Virus record (IMG/VR): IMGVR_UViG_3300021376_002532 | Location: 1-37,422 of that record | From: a virus | Taxonomy: Duplodnaviria; Caudoviricetes | DNA length: 37,422 nt | Reading direction: 5' to 3' (one strand) | Shown here: piece by piece, positions 32,896-37,422 of the stretch | Numbering within the stretch: position 1 is the first letter of the stretch | Layout: the number at the start of each line of letters is the position of its first letter | Translations under genes and position numbers: made by a program | Notes under the pieces: generated by a model | What the model saw: only the letters and a program-made list of their open reading frames with translations | Database searches by the model: none | What the model was told of the DNA's origin: nothing

Positions 32896-33234
32896 TTAAT
32901 ACATACCACCACCAATACCTGGTACTTTAACACGACCACCGTCTCCACCCATTTTTGTAAGACATGCAGACGCCTCTAATGTTCTTTTTGCCATTTCAAT
33001 AATATCATATCCTTTTGATATTGCTACTTTTTTTACCGCCTTTAAACATTTTTCAGCGTTTTCTGGAGAAGGGTTTTCTTGACAATCACTACAAGGAGTC
33101 AACTTAATTACATCAGCCAATCCTAACCCATAAGCGTTAGCAATACACTGTAATAAATCGTCATTACTTTCTTTAATAACTCTTCTTACAATTCTAGCAA
33201 GATCTGATTCAGTTAATCTAATTATTCTTTTCAT
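32896..33234 (-). CDS. Hypothetical 112-aa protein with LTESDLARIVRRVIKE leader, putative internal head protein
   Basis: The likely start is the ATG at 33234 (MKRIIRL), 16 nt below TATTTAT. Small Cys-containing helical domain. Confidence 0.6.
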   Translation of the reverse strand: MKRIIRLTESDLARIVRRVIKESNDDLLQCIANAYGLGLADVIKLTPCSDCQENPSPENAEKCLKAVKKVAISKGYDIIEMAKRTLEASACLTKMGGDGGRVKVPGIGGGMY

Positions 33235-33242
33235 ATTTTTAA

Positions 33243-33319
33243 TTTTATTAATAAATATATTGTTAAATAAAAAAATCACTGATTACTCAGTGATTTTTTT
33301 AAATTTGTGTTACCTTTTT
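33243..33319. repeat. Direct repeat copy 1 (DUF5522 3' end + hairpin + TATTTAT)
   Basis: Aligns to 34621-34697: aatcactgatt(a/t)ctcagtgatt(t/c)ttttaaatttgtgtt(a/g)cc. Core offset 1377 bp. Confidence 0.88.
33269..33300. terminator. Perfect inverted repeat, probable bidirectional terminator
   Basis: AAAAAAATCACTGA-ttac-TCAGTGATTTTTTT. Confidence 0.7.
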
Positions 33320-33348
33320 GGTAAATTAAATAGTTTTTTATATATTTG
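33317..33348 (+). promoter_or_regulatory. Bacteroidota primary-sigma promoter (-33 TTTG / -7 TAnnTTTG)
   Basis: TTTG at 33317-33320, a 20-nt spacer, then TATATTTG at 33341-33348, about 30 nt upstream of the ATG at 33378. Confidence 0.75.
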
Positions 33349-33377
33349 TATTATAACCTTAAAAAAAAATATAAATT

Positions 33378-33929
33378 ATGAAAAACTTATTATTTATTTT
33401 GATTTCCTTCTTTTATTTTGTGTCTTTTTCTCAAAATATATACAACTTCTCTTCATTGAATCAAAGTCAAAATAAACTTTTGGATTCATATGGTATTGAT
33501 TATACCGGACCATATACCCGTTATAAAGTCATATCCGAAGAATATAAAAAACTTGAAGACACATTACTACAAACTCAATATTTAGTAGCTTTCGATAGAT
33601 TTGAAAAATGGAATAAAAATTATTTCAAATCAATTCCAGATACGATGTATTTTTCAGATGGTATTGAATATATGAAAGATAAAAATACTAATGAATTTCT
33701 TAAAGCCACATTTAATAAAGCCAGAAAAATTTTAGGAATTTATAGTATCAAAATAAATGATAGACTAAATAATATACGAACTATAGAAATATTAGAATTA
33801 TATAATATCGGTATACAGAATTATATTGATCATATTATAATGGTTGAAAATTATATAGGTTTTTGGGAATTGATAACATATGATGATGAGGATCCGACAT
33901 TAGACTGTGGTCAATGTATGGTTCCATAA
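33378..33929 (+). CDS. Hypothetical exported protein (signal peptide), the only credible plus-strand gene
   Basis: MKNLLFILISFFYFVSFS|Q is a Sec/SPI-type leader. It has its own promoter and a C-terminal CGQC. Confidence 0.7.
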   Translation: MKNLLFILISFFYFVSFSQNIYNFSSLNQSQNKLLDSYGIDYTGPYTRYKVISEEYKKLEDTLLQTQYLVAFDRFEKWNKNYFKSIPDTMYFSDGIEYMKDKNTNEFLKATFNKARKILGIYSIKINDRLNNIRTIEILELYNIGIQNYIDHIIMVENYIGFWELITYDDEDPTLDCGQCMVP

Positions 33930-33931
33930 AA

Positions 33932-33961
33932 AAGAAAAGATATTACGCCCTATCTATTCTT
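33932..33961. terminator. Weak inverted repeat between convergent genes
   Basis: AAGAAAAGATA-ttacgccc-TATCTATTCTT (one mismatch). AT-rich stem. Confidence 0.4.
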
Positions 33962-33979
33962 ATTTATTTTTTAAACTAT

Positions 33980-34612
33980 TTATGCAAATTTTAATGATTT
34001 TAAAAAGTCTGCAGCATTTCCTGTAATTTTATCGAATCCTTTTCCATCAGCTTCATCTGTCGGATTATTTTGATATTCGAGAACTCTTTTTTTAACAATA
34101 TCAAAAAATTTAACAAAATTAGTATCTTGTTCAATATTTTTCCACATGGTTTGAAGTGTCGATAATGAAACTTGATTTAAATTATTATTAAGTGTTTCAA
34201 TCGTATTAGGTACTATTACATCGGTATTAACATTGAAATTTTTAAACCCTGTCGAACCAAATGTATAATAACCCCCATTTCCAATATTTTGTATACAAGG
34301 AAATCCTCCCCAAATTAACCTCCAACCAGTAACAGACCCAGTGTAATCTTCATTTTTTTTAAAAATTTCAGGTTTGTTGTTGAAGTTTGTATCATTAAGT
34401 GATAATAGATATGGGCCGGCAATTACTGGAGTAAAAGGTATTTTTCGTGAGTTCCATTGTGCTGTTAAATTTTTGACTACTGATGATTGTTTATTGGCCC
34501 AATCAACATTCCCTTGTAATTTTTGTTCAACTAAATATTGTTTTTTTGTTGCATTTTTGTGCATTTCAAGTATTCTCGATTTTTCGTCTTCTGATATAAT
34601 CATTCTATTCAT
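33980..34612 (-). CDS. Hypothetical 210-aa protein with ISEDEKSRILEMH leader, putative internal head protein
   Basis: The leader matches that of 1670..3319. TATTTAT lies 15 nt upstream. Confidence 0.6.
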   Translation of the reverse strand: MNRMIISEDEKSRILEMHKNATKKQYLVEQKLQGNVDWANKQSSVVKNLTAQWNSRKIPFTPVIAGPYLLSLNDTNFNNKPEIFKKNEDYTGSVTGWRLIWGGFPCIQNIGNGGYYTFGSTGFKNFNVNTDVIVPNTIETLNNNLNQVSLSTLQTMWKNIEQDTNFVKFFDIVKKRVLEYQNNPTDEADGKGFDKITGNAADFLKSLKFA

Positions 34613-34620
34613 AATATTTT

Positions 34621-34697
34621 TTTTATTATAAATATATGTTCAAAAAAAAAAATCACTGATTTCTCAGTGATTCTTTTAAATTTGTGTTGCCCTTTTT
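34621..34697. repeat. Direct repeat copy 2, overlapping the DUF5522-like stop codon and its terminator hairpin
   Basis: AATCACTGA-tttc-TCAGTGATT at 34651-34672, followed on the minus strand by a T run. Matches 33243-33319. Confidence 0.88.
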
Positions 34698-34880
34698 AAA
34701 TGGTGGCCAATAACAACAATGTAAACATCCACTACCACAACACTTTCCTCTTCTTATGTGGTACTCTTCTGTCATAACCATTTTACCATCATTCCAATAA
34801 AAATCGGTTGGTTGAAGTTTTGGTCCAAACTCTCTAACATATAATTGTTGTACCCAATCTTTTGATGCTCCTACATTCAT
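34653..34880 (-). CDS. DUF5522-like small Cys-rich protein
   Basis: DFYWNDGKMVMTEEYHIRRGKCCGSGCLHCCY. Confidence 0.75.
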   Translation of the reverse strand: MNVGASKDWVQQLYVREFGPKLQPTDFYWNDGKMVMTEEYHIRRGKCCGSGCLHCCYWPPFKKGNTNLKESLRNQ

Positions 34881-34900
34881 TTTAATTATTCTTTCTAAGA

Positions 34901-37422
34901 TTATACAATTTCACAAGCACCTCCAGCACAAGCGGCCTCACCACGAAGATCTGTATTATCTTGTAACTCAATAACTTTTGTAAGATCAACATCTGTTAAT
35001 GATTTAACTAATCTTTCAAAATCTTCTTTTGTACAATCTTCAAATGGCGCTTGAGTATATGTTCCTCCGTTGTATGGTAATACTGAAAGTCCGTTATAGA
35101 AATCTCTATTATTCCACATCCAATCACCAACTAATTCCCACTCATCTTCTTTGATTGAAACTGTAGCTGAAACGTTGTGAGTATTTTGTCCGTTTCTGTG
35201 ACCAGGTTTAATCCATTCTTGTGAAACTTTTTTAACTCTTTCTAACATTTGAAATACTGATTCATGTCTTACAATAGACCCTTCAGGTGCTCTTTGTGGT
35301 ATTGTAATAACCGCAGTATCGTGTGGTCTAAAGTATTCGTCTTCGATTAATTCAGGATGATTGATTGCTAAATAAGAATAAATTGATTCATTTTTTCCTA
35401 CACGAATTCTTCTTAGGTAGTAATCATTATGCCATGCATGAATTCCTGATGATGTACCTAATACTAATGATGAGGTACCTGATGGTTTAACCGTTGTTGT
35501 TCTTGCTGATTTATTAATGTTAATCAAATTCGCAACTCTTTCGTTTTCTTCTTTAACCATTTTGGCCGCTCTCTTCATATCATAACCTAACACAACACCT
35601 GAACCAATACCTGTCATACCGACACCGATAAGTGCGTCTTTTTCGGTTGTTCTTTTCCAAATATCTCTCAAATAATGGAAGTCAGTATAACCAGCTTGTA
35701 AAGTACCAATGAATGATGCTGCTTTAACTCTTTTATCAAAATCTTCTTGTGATTCAATATCTGAAGCATTTACCTCACATAGGTTACAGAATTGGTATGG
35801 TCGTAGTGCGATTTCGCAACAATTACCTGTAACAACTTTTGATATCTGAAAACAATGTGTTTCATCATACACCGATATATCCCAAACATCTTCATAAAGA
35901 TCAGTTAATTCAACAGATTCAACTTTAATTTGTTTGTCATCAAAAATATTATATCTAAATTCATAACTATCTAAAACTTCTTGTTTTCTTTTGTTTGTTA
36001 ATTTAAAAATATTTCTAAATTGTTTTATTGATGTTGTTTCACTAATTCTCAAATCATATCTTGTGTATTCTGTATCATACCCTTCTAAACTTTGTGTCGA
36101 TGTTTTTATTTTGGTTTTAATACCATAGAAACCTAATAGTTCTGAAACATCTTCAGCCAATTGTTTATGTTTTGTAGTAAATGTTAATCTTTTTTGTGTT
36201 TTTGCGATATGTCCGTCAGAACTAAATAAAGCATCAACAATACCTTTTCTAAATTCTTCACTACCATTAACCCAAACTGTTTTTGGTAACCCTTCACTTT
36301 TTATTAACGAACCAAATTTTGATAGATAATCATATACGGATTTATTGTTAATACTAATTTCTTTAGTTTTTGTTTCAACCAATGTAATTTGCATTTCTTC
36401 TTCTTCAGTATTAAAAGTTTTCTTAAATCTTCTTTTAAAATTACCAGAAAAGGTTGGGACATTATCTTTTATTGTATTTACTAGCGTTTCAGAAATATTG
36501 GACTCGTCGTCGTCATCGGAAACAACCATACCATATTCGGTATAATCTTTTCTATTTGATGCCCAACCATCACCAATAATCCAACCGCAAAGAAAACCAT
36601 CGTTATGTGTTCCCAAATCACCATCAAATAATTTTTCTTCTCTTAAAATTGGTAATCTATCACCATTTGTTAATTCAGGTGTTTTAACTTTAACATACTT
36701 TTCACCATCCCAAACCGGCCATTCGTGTTCTGGTGTTGCATAATATTCAGTACCATCTTCTAATTTTAATTTCCAAAGTTGTTTATTTTGACCTGATAAC
36801 CAACAACGAGCATCAGAAATAACACCGTTTAAATTCTTAACTTTAAAGTTTTTACCTTCAAGCTCTTCAATTGGAAAAATACCATCGGTTGTTAATACTT
36901 TTGTACCGGCTCTTAATGATGGGTTAGTCCCCCAATCTTTATCGTTAGATAGATAAATTCCTGGTTCTCCTGCTCCTGATAATTCAATACGTTTCCAAAG
37001 ATCCATAAAGAATTCTTTTGTGATTTTGTGACGAAGAAGTACCGCTGAGTTATTTGCTCTACCTCTTTGTGCGTTTTGTTCCCACCAATTTCCTGACTTA
37101 CAAGAAATCATTTCTTCATCGTCAGCCGAAAATAATGAAATAAGTGCCGCTCGTCTGATACCACCTGCAAGTACTGCATCAGCAATATGACAAATGATGT
37201 CATGTGTTTCGATAGGTTTGAATCTTTCACCATCTTTTTTGTTATCCAAAACTTTTGTAATTTGATGAATACAATCTTTTAATGGTTGGGGTCCTGGAGC
37301 TTTACCTCCTGATGTTACAAGCATCGCACCTTTTTGTCTAATATCTGAAAAATCAAATACAGGTGTTGATGACTTATAACCTAAATATGATTCCATTAAT
37401 ACTTTAATGGCGTCTGCCCATC
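34901..37422 (-). CDS. nrdJ: Class II (adenosylcobalamin-dependent, monomeric RTPR-type) ribonucleotide reductase, intein-containing, 5' truncated by the window
   Basis: The frame is open to the window edge (WADAIKVLMESY). Motifs GGKAPGPQPL, AGGIRRAALI, RANNSA, GTNP|CCEI, FCNLCEVN, TTVKPSGT, and C-terminal ACAGGACEI. Confidence 0.93.
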   Translation of the reverse strand, partial: WADAIKVLMESYLGYKSSTPVFDFSDIRQKGAMLVTSGGKAPGPQPLKDCIHQITKVLDNKKDGERFKPIETHDIICHIADAVLAGGIRRAALISLFSADDEEMISCKSGNWWEQNAQRGRANNSAVLLRHKITKEFFMDLWKRIELSGAGEPGIYLSNDKDWGTNPSLRAGTKVLTTDGIFPIEELEGKNFKVKNLNGVISDARCWLSGQNKQLWKLKLEDGTEYYATPEHEWPVWDGEKYVKVKTPELTNGDRLPILREEKLFDGDLGTHNDGFLCGWIIGDGWASNRKDYTEYGMVVSDDDDESNISETLVNTIKDNVPTFSGNFKRRFKKTFNTEEEEMQITLVETKTKEISINNKSVYDYLSKFGSLIKSEGLPKTVWVNGSEEFRKGIVDALFSSDGHIAKTQKRLTFTTKHKQLAEDVSELLGFYGIKTKIKTSTQSLEGYDTEYTRYDLRISETTSIKQFRNIFKLTNKRKQEVLDSYEFRYNIFDDKQIKVESVELTDLYEDVWDISVYDETHCFQISKVVTGNCCEIALRPYQFCNLCEVNASDIESQEDFDKRVKAASFIGTLQAGYTDFHYLRDIWKRTTEKDALIGVGMTGIGSGVVLGYDMKRAAKMVKEENERVANLININKSARTTTVKPSGTSSLVLGTSSGIHAWHNDYYLRRIRVGKNESIYSYLAINHPELIEDEYFRPHDTAVITIPQRAPEGSIVRHESVFQMLERVKKVSQEWIKPGHRNGQNTHNVSATVSIKEDEWELVGDWMWNNRDFYNGLSVLPYNGGTYTQAPFEDCTKEDFERLVKSLTDVDLTKVIELQDNTDLRGEAACAGGACEIV
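35822..36919 (-). mobile_element. 366-aa intein with LAGLIDADG homing endonuclease
   Basis: Splits GTNP|CCEI. Starts SLRAGTKVLT, block B ATPEHEW, endonuclease motifs GWIIGDG and DALFSSDG, ends VWDISV...HCF...VVTGN before Cys+1. Confidence 0.93.

Noticed and set aside
239-36545. Many short plus-strand ORFs in the track (e.g. 239..622, 29522..30007, 31404..31838)
   Set aside because: They lie antisense to well-supported genes and show no motifs or promoters. Only 33378..33929 is credible.
35822-36919. Group I intron in nrdJ
   Set aside because: The insertion is in frame with no stops and has intein splicing blocks at both ends.
1-37422. Eukaryotic giant virus or bacterial contractile injection system origin
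   Set aside because: gp25/gp6 baseplate genes together with a DnaG-type primase, resolvase, RNR, coupled operons and a Bacteroidota promoter fit a tailed phage better.

Overview
AT-rich segment of a large contractile-tailed (myovirus-like) phage genome. The host is most likely in the Bacteroidota: there is a TTTG-N20-TAnnTTTG promoter, A-rich leaders without obvious Shine-Dalgarno sites, SprB repeats, and a signal peptide with Gln at +1. Almost all genes are on the minus strand. Read in transcription order (right to left), the window holds: a class II ribonucleotide reductase with a LAGLIDADG intein at its catalytic Cys; a DUF5522-like gene; a 1.38-kb two-gene cassette bracketed by a diverged direct repeat; a baseplate module (gp25-like, gp6-like, a 2088-aa protein, a tail-I/gp7-like protein); a block of Cys-rich, SprB-repeat and Pro-Thr-repeat putative fibre/decoration proteins with a DUF285/BspA variable-repeat protein and two embedded glycosyltransferases (GT60-like, HtrL/YibB-like); a RuvC-like resolvase; a putative internal head protein; an HNH gene broken by one in-frame stop; DNA primase; and the start of a probable PD-(D/E)xK nuclease. 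The strongest candidates for undescribed biology are (1) phage-encoded mucin-type O-glycosylation of its own Pro-Thr-rich virion proteins, (2) a gene-end-replacing cassette with no integrase, (3) a modular fibre system with a shared anchor domain and a shuffled LRR-like array, and (4) a shared N-terminal leader that may target proteins to the capsid. All family assignments come from motif recognition by eye; no database search was run.
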